In this document: positions 23,105 through 60,653 of the stretch, piece after piece
Layout: every line of letters starts with the position of its first letter
How positions within the stretch are numbered: position 1 is the first letter of the stretch
DNA from: Schmidtea polychroa
Taxonomy: Eukaryota
NCBI GenBank assembly: GCA_044892525.1
Contig: CM097885.1
Coordinates: 48,486,001 to 48,550,000 of the forward strand
Direction: 5' to 3'
Length of the DNA: 64,000 nt
Program-made: the position numbers and the translations under genes
Notes under the pieces: model-generated
The model's input: the letters and a program-made list of their open reading frames with translations, nothing else
What the model was told of the DNA's origin: nothing
Database searches by the model: none

Positions 23105-23998
23105 ATGGTATATGAAGAAAGATTAGCACTTTTAAAAAAATTACAATCAGAACAAGATAAATATAATAAAAAAGATACAACTCAACATGCTGAATCTATA
23201 ATATTAAATGAGGTAATAACACAACAACAGGGGCCAACAATTAAAGCTATAAAAGAGTTGGAAGATTTCAATGAGCAAGCAAAATTTAAAGAGTTAGAAG
23301 ATAAAAAACAAAAAATAAAAGAACTAGAGTGGCAGGATAAAGAAAAAGAATCCAGTGAAAACCATCCTGAAAGTCATTCTGAAAGAAATCAAAGAAAATG
23401 CAGAAGAATTTCTAATGTGGAAGAAGAAGAAATGTTTTTAAAAACAAAAGCTCTTAAAGTTGATCCTAAAATTAGAGATGATTTACCTCCTTCAATTAGA
23501 CCCACATTTAATACTAATACTGAAGGATATCAAATAATAACAATTAATAAACAAAACTTTACTTTATATTCAAATTCAGAAAATAAATCACGTATTCATT
23601 CACAAAATGTTTATAATAATGAATATTTAGACTTTGAATTTACAGATGATTTTTATAGATTACTTTGTGGATATTCTTCAGATGATGTTGAAGAAATTAA
23701 AAAATATTTAAATTTAATAAAATTAATAAGAGCTAGTTCTAAAGCAAAATATATTCAAGATTTAAAGAATTATTTAAATAAAAATGAAAAGGGTTATGTT
23801 GTTACAGAGGGAGAGGGATTAATTAGTGAAGGTGGTAAACCAAATCCCATCAATCTTTTTATTGAATTAAGAAAACTATTAGCTGCAAGGAAAGCAGGAC
23901 ATAATAATTTAGATTCTGATATTTTAAAGATTTCTAAAGATTTGTTAAAACAAGGAATAATTTCAAAAGATAAATTTAATAAGTATACGAAGTTATAA
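23105..23998 (+). CDS. Conserved Polinton uncharacterised protein
   Basis: Intact 297-aa ORF with C-terminal GEGL..NP..L...L..LLAARKAGHN....I...L...GII motif typical of Polinton proteins. Confidence 0.75.
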   Translation: MVYEERLALLKKLQSEQDKYNKKDTTQHAESIILNEVITQQQGPTIKAIKELEDFNEQAKFKELEDKKQKIKELEWQDKEKESSENHPESHSERNQRKCRRISNVEEEEMFLKTKALKVDPKIRDDLPPSIRPTFNTNTEGYQIITINKQNFTLYSNSENKSRIHSQNVYNNEYLDFEFTDDFYRLLCGYSSDDVEEIKKYLNLIKLIRASSKAKYIQDLKNYLNKNEKGYVVTEGEGLISEGGKPNPINLFIELRKLLAARKAGHNNLDSDILKISKDLLKQGIISKDKFNKYTKL

Positions 23999-24020
23999 AT
24001 ACGAAGTTTTAAAATACAAA

Positions 24021-24485
24021 ATGACTCCTTCAATATTAGATTTTTTAAAAACATTTGGAATAAATGCAAAAACAAATTTTGATTTAAAAGATTATGCAAA
24101 TTATTTAAATTTAAAAATTAAAATATTAATGAATGATGAATTATCAAGTCTGGAGAGTCCCCTGAATATAATAATCAATTATCAAAATTCAAATGAAAAA
24201 GGATCTCATTGGGTTTGTATATATAAGAAATCTATCTACTTTGATTCTTTTGGGATTAAACCTACTAAAGAAGTTGAAGATTATCTCTTGAGGGGTTCTC
24301 CGATTGATTCCCCAAATGGTTATACTTTTAACTCTTTACAAGTTCAACCTTTGAATACTAAAATATGTGGTATTTTAAGTTTATATGTTTTGTATAGATT
24401 GAATAAGGGAGATGGAAAGGGGCATACGCAGGATTTTGAATCTATAATTCAAGAAATTTATAATGATCTAGAATCTCTACTATAA
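24021..24485 (+). CDS. Adenain-like cysteine protease
   Basis: GSHWVC, YFDSFG, Q...TKICG catalytic H-D-C triad. Confidence 0.92.
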   Translation: MTPSILDFLKTFGINAKTNFDLKDYANYLNLKIKILMNDELSSLESPLNIIINYQNSNEKGSHWVCIYKKSIYFDSFGIKPTKEVEDYLLRGSPIDSPNGYTFNSLQVQPLNTKICGILSLYVLYRLNKGDGKGHTQDFESIIQEIYNDLESLL

Positions 24486-24533
24486 GGATTTTTACTATAA
24501 GGATTTTTACTATATGAATTTACTACTAAAGAA

Positions 24534-25298
24534 ATGGAGCTTCACAACCCTCCGGAAGATAATTTAAAAAAAATGGTAAACATAATGTCAGATAAATATT
24601 CAAGAACTTTATCTATAAATTCAAAAGAATCAGACTTTACTATAAACTTTCAAGATTCAATTAAATTAGATCAAAATTTAAATTATGAATTGGGGCTATT
24701 ATGGTTTTGTGCTTATAATACTATTTTTAATATAACTAAAGATAATAATAAATTTACTATTCAAACTCGTGATGGGCATAAACCAGAAATTATAACAATA
24801 GAACCTGGGGCATATGAGATAAAAGATTTAAATGATATACTTTCTAAAAAAACAAATGAAGGTATTAAAATTAAAATGGATATACCAACTTCAAAATGTG
24901 TAATGACTTTGAAGAATATAAAAATTAGTTTTTTAGATAATTGTTTCTTTCACACAGTTTTAGGATTTAAACCTATGGATATAACAATAAAAGAAGATAA
25001 AATAATAACATCAGAACATATTATAAAAATAATAAATACAAACACAATAAATATTCATTGCGATTGTATAACAGGTTCTTATAATAATGGTAAACAAACA
25101 AATGTTTTATATTCCTTTCCCTCAAACACAGTTCCTATGGGATATAAAATAGTTGAAAGAATGAATCCTCCAAATTATTTACCTTTATGTAGAAAATATA
25201 TAATGGATATTAATTTTAAAATTCTTAATCAAGAAGGAGAATTGATTGATTTTAATGGAGAAGAGATTTCAATGTATTTACATTTGAAACAGGTTTGA
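24534..25298 (+). CDS. Minor capsid (penton, single jelly-roll) protein
   Basis: YELGL..F..YNTIFNIT..NNKF, IEPGAYEI.DLN, IHCDCITGSY.NG, GYKI.E, LIDFNGE.I. Confidence 0.88.
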   Translation: MELHNPPEDNLKKMVNIMSDKYSRTLSINSKESDFTINFQDSIKLDQNLNYELGLLWFCAYNTIFNITKDNNKFTIQTRDGHKPEIITIEPGAYEIKDLNDILSKKTNEGIKIKMDIPTSKCVMTLKNIKISFLDNCFFHTVLGFKPMDITIKEDKIITSEHIIKIINTNTINIHCDCITGSYNNGKQTNVLYSFPSNTVPMGYKIVERMNPPNYLPLCRKYIMDINFKILNQEGELIDFNGEEISMYLHLKQV

Positions 25299-25322
25299 AG
25301 ATTCATTTTAAATTATTAATAA

Positions 25323-26333
25323 ATGAGTTCTTATATTCCATGTAATAGAGGTGGTGGAACAATAAAAACAGGGTTTAATACAGAAGAAATATTAACTTTA
25401 ACAGAAAATAAATATATTAATGAAAGAGGTGATTCAATGAAGGGTGATTTAATTTTAAATGGACACAAGATAAAAGAATTATCTTTTCCAACTGATGAAG
25501 CTGATGCAGTTAATAAGAAATATGTAGATGGTGTTAAAAAATATACTGATTTAACAACAACAAGAATTGAAAGTTCATTAACAACAAAAATTGATTCAAT
25601 GGAATCAAAGCTTAATAATATCGAACAACGATTTAATGATAAATTTGACAAGTTACAAAGTCTGTTAACTGAACAAGTTGTAAAGTTAAATACTGCTATA
25701 TTAAATTCTAAAGATAAACAAATTATGAATACTAAATTTAATACAATATATAAAATAATAAATGAGATGATTACATCATTTAATAAAAGAATTTCAAATT
25801 TAGAGTCTCATGGAACACACATTAACACCACACATAGTATTAGAAAAAGAGCTGCTGAATTAGAACAGAATAAAACATTATTACCCCATACATATAAACA
25901 TTTTATAGAACCAAGTTTAATAACAACAAACAGTAAAGAATGGGGTGTTTTTATGGTTGTAAAAATTATTGATCCTTATTTCTTTTTGTTTGATGATGAT
26001 AATGAAAGAATGAAATGGTTTGTGAAATGTGATTATAATAGTAAGCTTGAAAAGGGTGATGTTATAATGACTAGTTATGATTTACCACACGGAGATTGGT
26101 ATGTTAATACTCATTCACATGGACTACATAAAGTTAAAAGTAAGAATATTCATTTTTCTAGTTCACTTGTACAATATATAGATTTAATATTTTATGAAAA
26201 AAAGGTTGATGTTGATGAAGTTCGTAAAGCATTGAGAGAATTGTATAAAGATATCCTCTCAACAAGAGTTTCTTTTGATATCCGAGTATTGGTGCCAGAT
26301 GGTGCTCAGAAGAATAAAGTCTTATTTTTTTAA
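25323..26333 (+). CDS. Putative fiber/spike protein
   Basis: GDSMKGDLILNGHKI..L..P....DAVNKKYVD tail-fiber/YadA-stalk-like motif, followed by a coiled coil and a beta-rich C-terminus. Confidence 0.65.
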   Translation: MSSYIPCNRGGGTIKTGFNTEEILTLTENKYINERGDSMKGDLILNGHKIKELSFPTDEADAVNKKYVDGVKKYTDLTTTRIESSLTTKIDSMESKLNNIEQRFNDKFDKLQSLLTEQVVKLNTAILNSKDKQIMNTKFNTIYKIINEMITSFNKRISNLESHGTHINTTHSIRKRAAELEQNKTLLPHTYKHFIEPSLITTNSKEWGVFMVVKIIDPYFFLFDDDNERMKWFVKCDYNSKLEKGDVIMTSYDLPHGDWYVNTHSHGLHKVKSKNIHFSSSLVQYIDLIFYEKKVDVDEVRKALRELYKDILSTRVSFDIRVLVPDGAQKNKVLFF

Positions 26334-26341
26334 TTATTAAA

Positions 26342-26938
26342 ATGGAAGAAGTAAGAGAAGAAAAAATTTACCCAGAATTGAGATCATCAGGATATTATTC
26401 TTCCAAGGCCTCGGCTCCCACAGAACTTGAAATTATGAGAGTAAAAGAATTTAAATCAGAAACCTTACATTTACAAGATTTATTAAAGCATTATAAAAAA
26501 ATTAAAAATAGATGGAATAAAGGGAATACAGTTTTAAAAGTTATAGGTTATTCTTTAGGATTTGCATCTGCAATATTAACAGTTATTTTACCCATAACTT
26601 TACCAGTTGTTACTCTTGCACCTGTAATACTTGGAAGTATTTCTGTGGCTGATGGTTTCTTAACTGAAATAGTTTCATTATCTTATACTTCTAAAAAGAA
26701 AAGTTTATATAGAGAAGTTTGTTTATCAATAGAATTAGGAATCTCTAAATTATTTTTATTTCAATTAAAAGCTTTGGAAGATGGAATCCTGACAGACGAA
26801 GAAATAATGAAATCAAATCAAATAATACAAGATATAAAGAATGAGGTTATAAGATTAAAAAGGGAGGGCATGGTGGCTAATGTTATAAGTAATAAAAAAA
26901 CATCTCGAGAAAAATGGTTAAAGAATTCTTACTTATAA
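26342..26938 (+). CDS. Membrane-active protein, adintovirus 'gasderminX'-like
   Basis: IYPEL..SAP N-terminus, basic YKKIKNRW, then a hydrophobic hairpin, KALEDG.LT.EE. Confidence 0.6.
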   Translation: MEEVREEKIYPELRSSGYYSSKASAPTELEIMRVKEFKSETLHLQDLLKHYKKIKNRWNKGNTVLKVIGYSLGFASAILTVILPITLPVVTLAPVILGSISVADGFLTEIVSLSYTSKKKSLYREVCLSIELGISKLFLFQLKALEDGILTDEEIMKSNQIIQDIKNEVIRLKREGMVANVISNKKTSREKWLKNSYL

Positions 26939-27032
26939 AATGGGTGTATTTTTAAAAAAGTAGATCAGGTTGCTATAGTTGCTTAAATTAATTGTCGACA
27001 TTTTATTATTAAAAAATTAAATATCGTTGGTT

Positions 27033-30000
27033 TCAGTTATGGTTGAAAGCCAACCTATGAATCATTAATTTATGATCTTTAAATTCTTTATCACTTAGAC
27101 CTTTTATATATTCAGGATCAGTATTAAAATATTTAAGTTCTAAACATATAGGATTAAAAACTTGAGAATATAAAGGTTTCTCGATTTCTCTCTCGGGATA
27201 AATAATTTCAACATTATAAATATCAAGATCAGTAATCTTTGTATCATATAACTTATTCAACTTTTCTAGATTTTTTATTATAGGGATTAAATTATTTCCA
27301 ATAGGTAGAGTTGTCTTTAAATCACTTAGTATGAATCTCTTATCATCATAATTTGATAATGATACTTTTTGAGATTCTATCAAGTGAATATCATGGTTTT
27401 CACTTTTAAGTTGATGTATTTCATCAATTTTATCTTTATGATTTGGATTCAATGTATCTATATAATCTTGATGAGAAAGATTCTTTGCCACCACTCTCTG
27501 TATTCCTTTACATCTGTTATCCTTTACAGGTTTTTCTTCTTGTCCCTCTGGTCCTTTAGGAAATATAGGATATCTATGTGTAATGGTTTCTTCTGTTTCT
27601 GGAGTTTTAAATATAAATGATCTAGTTATAAATTCAGGGTTTCTAAATGTTTCGTATGAATATTGTTTAGCACGAATAAATATTCCATTTTCTATAGGAG
27701 TAAAAGGTTTTTCATCTTTAAACGAAAATAGTTCTCCAGATGAATTTATTAAATTTGAAAGTATAGGATTTTCTTTCATATCTTTTTGTAAATCATGAGT
27801 TCTTATTGTTAAAAACATTGAATCTGTATCCATTGCATGCATTGATATATTTGCTCCGTATATAGGTTGTAAGATGTTATAATATGTTTCATACATTTGT
27901 AATTTTGAAAGTTCTAAAATTGTAAACCCTATAAATATTGGTTTGTTATATGTTTTCTCATAATTTTTTAATTCTACTGCAGTAAGATTTTCAGAAAATA
28001 CTTGTGCGTTTTTAAATGTAGGCTTTCCTAGCATGCGATTATAACGCTTAATATCTTTGGTAGTATTTGTTAGGAGTTCAATATGAGTATAGTTATCAAC
28101 ATTCTCCATTGTTTTCCCAAAGACTGAATTGTTTAAAATTTTATAATTATTATCTTTAAAAAGATTACCTTCTCTTTTTGCAATGTTTCGGCACCTAATG
28201 TTCTCCTCGATAAAAGCTTTCATGAATGGAGCTTGTTTAAATCTTATGACACTATGAACTTTTTTTAATATCATTCCTCGTGAAAGATAAAATTGGAGGA
28301 GTCTATAGTGACAAAGATAAAACCTTCGATCTGTTTGATCACAAAGAAGTTTCATTGTTGGAGGTTTATCTTGTGAGATTTGCCATTCAGAAAGTTCGTT
28401 GATATCAATCTTTCTTCTTATGGGAGCTAAAGGAAAATATCTTGTTCCTGATTTTATATCATCTGGATAGTCGAGGTCGCATTCTATAAAGTAACCTATT
28501 GGAGAATCTTTCGATGTTGAAAGTATTTCTTTCATAAGGTCATCTGTTGGGTTCTCTATTTCAGTGAAATCACCCATTGGTAAAAATTGAGTCATAATTC
28601 CTGAATATAAAGCTGTTGCATCTATATAAAGTATAAATATAGGATTTTTCATTGTTTCTAATAATTCTTTTAATTCCTCATTGTTAATTTTCATATATGG
28701 ATCATCAGGGTGTTTAGATAGTCTTCGGCTAGTAGTTATTGCATTTCTAGCTTTTATTTCTCTATTCCCCATTACTGAAGAGACTCCTCCTCTAATGTTT
28801 GTTTTAATTTGGTTAAACATATCGAGGTTAGTTAAAAGATCTATAATTTTATCAGCATCTTCTATATTTGAAGTCCAAATGGTATATAACATAGTATCCC
28901 AAGCTAAAGAGGGTGCAGTTATATAATTATAAGGTTTAAGAACAAAAGAGTTTGTAAATTCTTCAAAGCAATCTGCTAGAATATAAACATCTAAGGATAA
29001 ATACATGTTGGTATATTCTCCTAAAGTTTTACACTTGAATAATTCCCACATTTTTAATGCTCGAGAATATTCTTGATCTGTAATCCCTGATTGTAGTAAG
29101 TTTGAAAAGAAATCTTCTTTGTTAGGAAGACTTGTTTCATTATATCTTTCAAACGAGTCAACATAGTCATAAGGATATATTCCTTTTGCTAAGCATGTAG
29201 GATATTCTTCTGGAGGAATATTATTTTTTTCCAAGAATTCTCGAGTGATTTTAAAATTTTCTGGTTTCATTGTTTTTGCTACTGCATCTAGAGACATTTG
29301 GAGAAAGTTTAACGAGTCTATAAATTTTAATTTTCCATATTCAACTGATTTATATTTTTCTTTTGTTAAGCCGATAACTTTGAAAGAGTTTTTAGCATTT
29401 GCTGCTAAATGTTTAATAAATAGATGTATGTCATATCCAAAAAGATTATGAAATATAACAGGTATAAATTTAGGAGTATGGCAATTAAGATTGCAATTTT
29501 TATGAGCTGCTCCTCGATAATTATTTTCCTTTTTTAAATGATCATGATCTATAACTTTTTCATCAGGAAGAATATTCTGTTTACACATCCAACAGTTGGA
29601 AGTATTTTCATATTCTTGTTGTTGTTGATTAGAAATATTTTGAGGATACTTTGTTTTTAATATTTTAAATATTTCATGTTCTAGATCATTTATATTTTTA
29701 GTAAAATGATTCAAGACTTCTTCAGGGGTACCTCCTAGAATTGAATATTCTCTAGATTCTATGAGTTCAGGATAATTACTTTTAAATAATAATTTATAAG
29801 CAGATGGTAATTGTTTAGTTTTTTAACACTATTAGGTTTATTTCTTTTTCTTAGAAAGGCTTTCATCCTCTCTGGTTTCATCTTCTCTCCTGAGGAGTTC
29901 CATAAATCCATGAGTTTATTTTTTTCTATTATTTTTAAATATTGATAAACCAAATCTTGTTTATGGTTTATAGATTCAAAGTCACCATAAAGAACTCCAA

Positions 30001-31327
30001 CTGTTTGTAGTAAATTTGAAAAGTTTTTAAAATACATCTTGGGATTATTAGGCATTTTAATTAAAGCTGGATCATCTTTTTCACAAAATCTTGTATGTTT
30101 AATCATAGAGTTTTTAGTTGTTGAATAATGAAGACATCTTTTACATGTTCCTCCTCCACTAGTTGGATTCTCTGGTGATGTAAAAGCTTGAAAGTTTTTT
30201 ATTAAAACATAATGTTGATTATTTTGTTGTTCCAAGATTAAAAGATATATCTCGTTGTCCTGTGCTCCGTTATCCTTGGTTCCACTATCTGAAATATAAA
30301 TTGGAATAATTTCTTTCCCTATAACATGTTCATAAATATTAAGTTTAAGATTATTTAATTTTTCAAATTCTGGAATGTCTTCTAGTTTCATTGGGTGTTT
30401 GAATCCTTTGGGAAATATTAATTCATTTTCATATTGTTTGTATTTTGAAACTCTTTGGGGATTTGTTGCTTGAGGATGTAAATGTGCAAGTATTGACCAG
30501 ATGAAACATTTGTTATCATTATTCTGTACATTTATAACATTTTTAGATTTAAAGGGTGTAGGAATATAAGATTTAGGATTGGGTGGTAATCCTCTCCAAT
30601 AATCAATCACTAAAGTTTGGAAAGAGTTGAATACTAAGTTTGAATCTCCTAATTCATTTTCTACTTCCTCTTGTTTTGCTTCTGCTGCTTTAATTATTTC
30701 TTTGATGGTTTTATCAAATCCTTTAATTGAAAATAAATATTTAAAAGGTATTCCAATTTCAACATCTAAGGGTGTTGTCTTTTCTTCTGCTCCTCGCCAG
30801 TATTTTGCTTTGATTATAATTTTATATTTTATAACATTATACCTTGTCGGTTTATAATTTTTTAAAGCTTCAGTGAAAGAATTTTTAATATTTTTTTTAT
30901 TTTTATTTATATATTCTCCAGGAGTTGCAGGCCCATTAATTTTTAATTGAAATTCATCTATATGATTAAAATTATCCCAGTTATATTTTTCTCTTTCAAC
31001 ATGATCAGGTTCTCCTTCTGAATGACATTCCTCATCGTCAGAATTTTGTTTTTTATTTTTACATTCTTTTATATGTTCTAAATAATAGAAATTTAGTTTT
31101 GTTGAAAAGTTACAATGAGGACATGTAAATATTTCTCTATTTTTCCCGATACAATTTTCAAAATGTTTATTATATCCAGAATGTAGAAATCTTCCTTTAC
31201 ATTTAGGACAAACTTTTGAATTTGTATCATTAAGATTGTTTTCTTTTAATAAATGAGCTTTCGATTTTAAGTGAGAAATTAATCCAGTTTTATTTTTAAA
31301 AACTTTATTACAAATATTACAATTCAT
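27033..31327 (-). pseudogene. pPolB with N-terminal C2H2 fingers and EndoVII-like domain; frameshift near 29750-29800
   Basis: 29759-31327 (C2H2 fingers, YIPTP, NKCFIWSILA, YGDFE) plus 27033-29714 (DHDH..YRGAAH..CN, FHNL.GYD, KGIYPY, IRGG, YIDATALY, KILNNSVFGK, DTDS, KGI). Confidence 0.93.
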
Positions 31328-31405
31328 TTTTAGAAAAAAAATTTTTATTGGATATCCTGTTTTGATTTTTTATGTTTTTATATTTATTTTCATAATGTGA
31401 CAGTA

Positions 31406-32350
31406 TAAAAAATGACAAAAATCCAATCCTAGATAGCGCAGTGGGCTAGACCGGCACCGTGGTTCAAATGGATAGCGGTTCAAATCCTAACTGTGGTTAG
31501 TTTTTTTTTCAACATAAAATAATATTAAAAATTTGAAAATAATAGTGTGGGTATCTTAGATTTATATTTTATTTTATTTATTTTTATTTTATTTTATTTT
31601 ATTTTATTTATTTTATTTATTTTATTAATTATTTTATTTTTAAACATAAATATGAAAAAAAAATTATTGAAACGGGTGATGGTGGTGAACCGGTAATTAT
31701 CGCCACCTGTCTTTCGAACACCCCCGGATCGATCCCTTTCTCAGTTGTTTTCGGACCTCTTTCGGATTCGCTTTCGAATTCATTTGTACTTTCGAGCAGC
31801 ACGCTTAAAACGCCGTTGAAATCGACTTCGTGAGCGAGAAGCGAATAATAAGGCGTGCTGCTATTATCGGATTGATTCTGATGTATGAGTCTGGCCAGCT
31901 TGTATATTAGAAGAGATTTGATAAACGAAAGAGGTTGAAATGATCCGGATCAAAAAAACTGTTGAGGGGACAGTGAAAAAAAAAAAAAAATACCACTGTC
32001 CCCTCAGAGCAGTTTTACTATTTTTCATTTATTTTTTAATTTATATAATTTAAAATCAATAATCTGATAAAGATCAACTCCGGAGTTTCATTGCGATCAG
32101 TAGTGTGTATATAGCCCTATCCCAAATAGCCCTCTAACTTTTTCATAAGGCCATTTTCTTTTCTATTCTCTTTTTAGTTTGAAGCTTTTGAGTTTGAGGC
32201 TTTAAAGATTAAGGGTGGTTGTTGTTTAAAATATGGGGTTAAAATACTATAAAAACATAGGTTTTATGTTGTTTTTCTAATGGTTTAAGCGTAATGGAGG
32301 TATGTTTTTGTTGGGAGGGCTGTTTGGGTTGGGTATATATACACACTACT
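31406..32350 (-). repeat. Polinton right terminal inverted repeat
   Basis: Reverse complement of 17456-18417. Confidence 0.97.
31427..31509 (+). ncRNA. tRNA-like Pol III cassette A (right TIR copy)
   Basis: A box TAGCGCAGTGG 31434-31444, B box GGTTCAAATCC 31477-31487, T9 terminator 31501-31509. Confidence 0.62.
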
Positions 32351-32601
32351 TAAAATTTTAATTTAAGTTTTATAACGCTAACAAGCAATGGCAATACTGT
32401 TGAGAAATATTAATAATATTAATAGTATCTCTTTATAAATTATATTTTGTTTGTATGCTATTTTGACGGTTTACCAATTAGTCTCAATACCGTTTTGTCA
32501 GTAGCATTTTTCTGATTTTTTTGTTGGAACACATTTATTATATGCAATAAAACTACACATATATTTTGCAACCAAATAACTTTCAAATTTATATTATCTA
32601 A

Positions 32602-32840
32602 TTAACCGTTTGCGGACGGAATTAATTATAATAAGTATAATTTTATAATTATAAAAAGCATAATTTTTTAGTATACGAATGCCCGATATCGTGGTATGAT
32701 TTTTTTAAAGTTTGGCCAGCACAGCTGGCCATTATACATTGTAGAACGTCTGGAACAAAATTCGGCGCCAGCAGTACTGGCCTACCGTCTGCTATGGTAT
32801 AAGACATTTAAGGCCAGCACTGCTGGCCTACCGTTCATAA
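32602..32840. mobile_element. piggyBac-like MITE remnant
   Basis: TTAA-CCGTTTGCGGACGG start; internal GGCCAGCAC/GCTGGCC inverted repeats; degenerate right end. Confidence 0.4.
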
Positions 32841-34846
32841 AAAAAATCTTACCAAAATGTCAACAATATATAATTGACATGATTGTATCAATTGTATATA
32901 AATAAACCGCGTTATAAGAAAGTCGCCAAAAATATAGAAACCCTTTAACTTTGTTTGAGGATAAATCGCTATATTCCATTTCCTTTGTTTTTTATAGTAA
33001 AACATTACCCACCGAGGCATAATAATCATATGTATTAAATTATATATATTCGGTATTATAATGTTCGTTTGTGGCGCCGTTTATTAGTCAAATGTCTTTT
33101 TTTTACTGTATTTAAAAAAAAATTAATAATTTTGTCAAATTTGCAAATTTATAATATATTTTTCTAGAATTATAAAATAATTTTTTTATAATTGCGAAAT
33201 TATTTACAAATTTTACTTATTAATTTGAAAAATTTACCAAAGATATTTTAAATATAATAGAAATAATAATATTAATACCTATAATAATTATAATCATAAT
33301 AATAATTTTGAATTATCAAATATGTATGATATACAAAATCTCCACTACAACACCACCCAGAAATCGGACTAATAAATTATAATTTTGTATCATTTTGTCA
33401 GTTTTATGGCAATTCCGTAATGTAATTACTATAGAGTCGTCAGTTGGGGATGTTACTGAACATTCCAATATACATTTATCAAAACAATATTATTGTTAAT
33501 TGGCCATTAAAACTATTACAAAACTGATTCGGCTCGAATTGAATAATAATTATATTTTTGTGTGCGGGATATTTTTTAAGCCTACTAAAAACGATTAAAA
33601 TAATTATAAAAAAATAAAAATAATAATATAGAAAAGAAATGCCCACATCTGCACAATAAATTAAAATACACAATTTCTAGAGTTTCAAATTTATGATACT
33701 ATCAGATAATTTATTCGATTTTAAACCACTAATATTTGGCTACTTTATTTTCGAAGTCAGACAAGTATGAAACAAGTCATGTTACACTAAAGCACATAAA
33801 TTACGGGACGGTTAGTCACAAAATAAGGACTAATATATAATATAATTAATTTATATAAAGAAAGATATACATACATACTACCAATAAGGACAAAAACTAT
33901 GGGAAACCGGGATAAATTAAGTGCATTTACTATAGAAAAGCAGAAAAATAATTTTGGTGAGAAAAATGAAATACAAGCACACATACACTATAAACAACAA
34001 CACTATAATAAAAATTAATCACAAAGGGACAACAATTATGGACAAAATCATTTTTCATGGACGTTTTTAATTATAAAAAGTATGCAAACGTATTATAATT
34101 GCATTATTAATTTTTGTTAAATTTCTTTAGGTAATCAGAAATTCATATAAAAATGATTATTATTATAAACATTACTAAAATCATATAAAAAATATTTCAC
34201 AGAAATTATTAGCAAAATATGTATATTAATATTATTAAAAATTTTTATTTAATAAAAATGTAATGAATCTTATATTTTTGAAAATTAATCAAAAAAATAT
34301 TATCATTAAAAATAAAAAGTATTTCAAAAAAACTTTTAAAAGATGTAAATTAAATTAAAAATATTACTTTGAAATTCTCAAATTCCCATAATATGTGTCC
34401 TGGGCGCATATGACTTCTGACAACCGGTGTAAACAGTGAATTTGATTAAAGGCCTTGCCGTACAGGTAATTAATAGTTTGGTTTGTAAGATTTTCTCACA
34501 CATACACCGCCGAGGTCTGCGATGCCCATAAATCTTAGATACATAAAAAATATTAAAGAAATTAATCTGGCAAATCAGTGTGCTGTTTGCGGCTGAATTT
34601 TGCGAGCTTGGCTCTAAATGCATTTATATTTTATTTTGTGATGGGCATGTTCAAACTCCTGGTGAATATAAATAATTCTAATCATTATTTTGAATCATTT
34701 ATTTTTTTGCCAATAAAAGAGATATAAAATTTTGACGAACCGATATATTTTTTCCTTTATATTTTTTAACATGGTTTTCAATTTTTGTTATTTCGGTTTC
34801 CAATAGATTGAAAGAAAAAAGAAGAAGAAATATTAAAAAATACAAA

Positions 34847-59648
<24,802 letters not shown>

Positions 59649-60653
59649 AAGTAATTTTCTTCATCAACTGTCAACTCAATCTAGCTTAAACTGGAATTCT
59701 TTAAAAATATTTGTGGGAAATATGTATAAAAATATTTGAAATGATAAATTTTTAAGTATTCATTGAAACATTTCATTTACTGGCTCATGACTAATGTCAA
59801 AAACTCTATAAATGATTTATGATCATTTTAGTAAAATATCAGATTCCATTCGTGACAGTACGGATTGATTTTGATTTTTTTTTTGTAAAAATAAAAATGT
59901 TCATATTCTGATAAATGAAATTTTTCCAAATAAATTCCTATGATTATGTTAGATAAGGTTATAAAGTTTTTGATAAATTTGACGTTTTTTTTTATTATTA
60001 TAAAAATATATTTAATTTTTTTTTCTTGATGAATTTTGTATATGGAATTTAGTAATATTTTCATTGCAAATATTTGCTTATTTGAAAAATTCATTTTTGG
60101 AAGTAGATAATTATTTTGTTTTATTTTCTTTAAAAAGATATAATCTGTGTACGTTGGATTTGAATGAGATTTAGATTTCGTTTTGTCTGAACTTTTCATT
60201 TGGATTTTAATACAAGCATAATTCAATTGAAAACAATAAATTCACTTTTAGAAGAGGTATACAGTATAAACTATTTTGTAGTAAATATCATTCTTGATAA
60301 TTTTCTTGATTTTCTTAATTGTCTTTTTTTGTCAGGACCAATTATTCGCAACATTAACTTGTATATAAAATCTGTTACATTCATGATTGATAAAATTTCA
60401 AATAGTTTTTCTAAAACTTTATTTGTAAATATTTCCAACTTTAAATTGGCTTTAAATTTTCAACAGTTTCATCTTTTACTATTTTCATTATTATATTTAT
60501 CTTTTCCCAAATAAATATTAGTAGATAGAAAATAACTCATCATTTTTTCAAATTTTTTCTGTCAGAACAAAGACAATGGGTCATCGCATGAGTCATGCAT
60601 TAATTCAAGATCATTCCAATTAAACGATGACGACATTGATAATTCATTGAAAA

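Larger units (their letters stand above)
17456..32350. mobile_element. Full-length Polinton/Maverick (adintovirus-like endogenous virus), 14,895 bp
   Basis: 5'-AGTAGT...ACTACT-3' termini; 6-bp TSD TAAAAT at 17450-17455 and 32351-32356; ~950-bp TIRs; pPolB, rve integrase, ATPase, protease, major and minor capsid genes. Confidence 0.98.

Noticed and set aside
59828..60514. 132-aa and 104-aa ORFs downstream of Wnt
   Set aside because: Low-complexity AT-rich translations with no motifs
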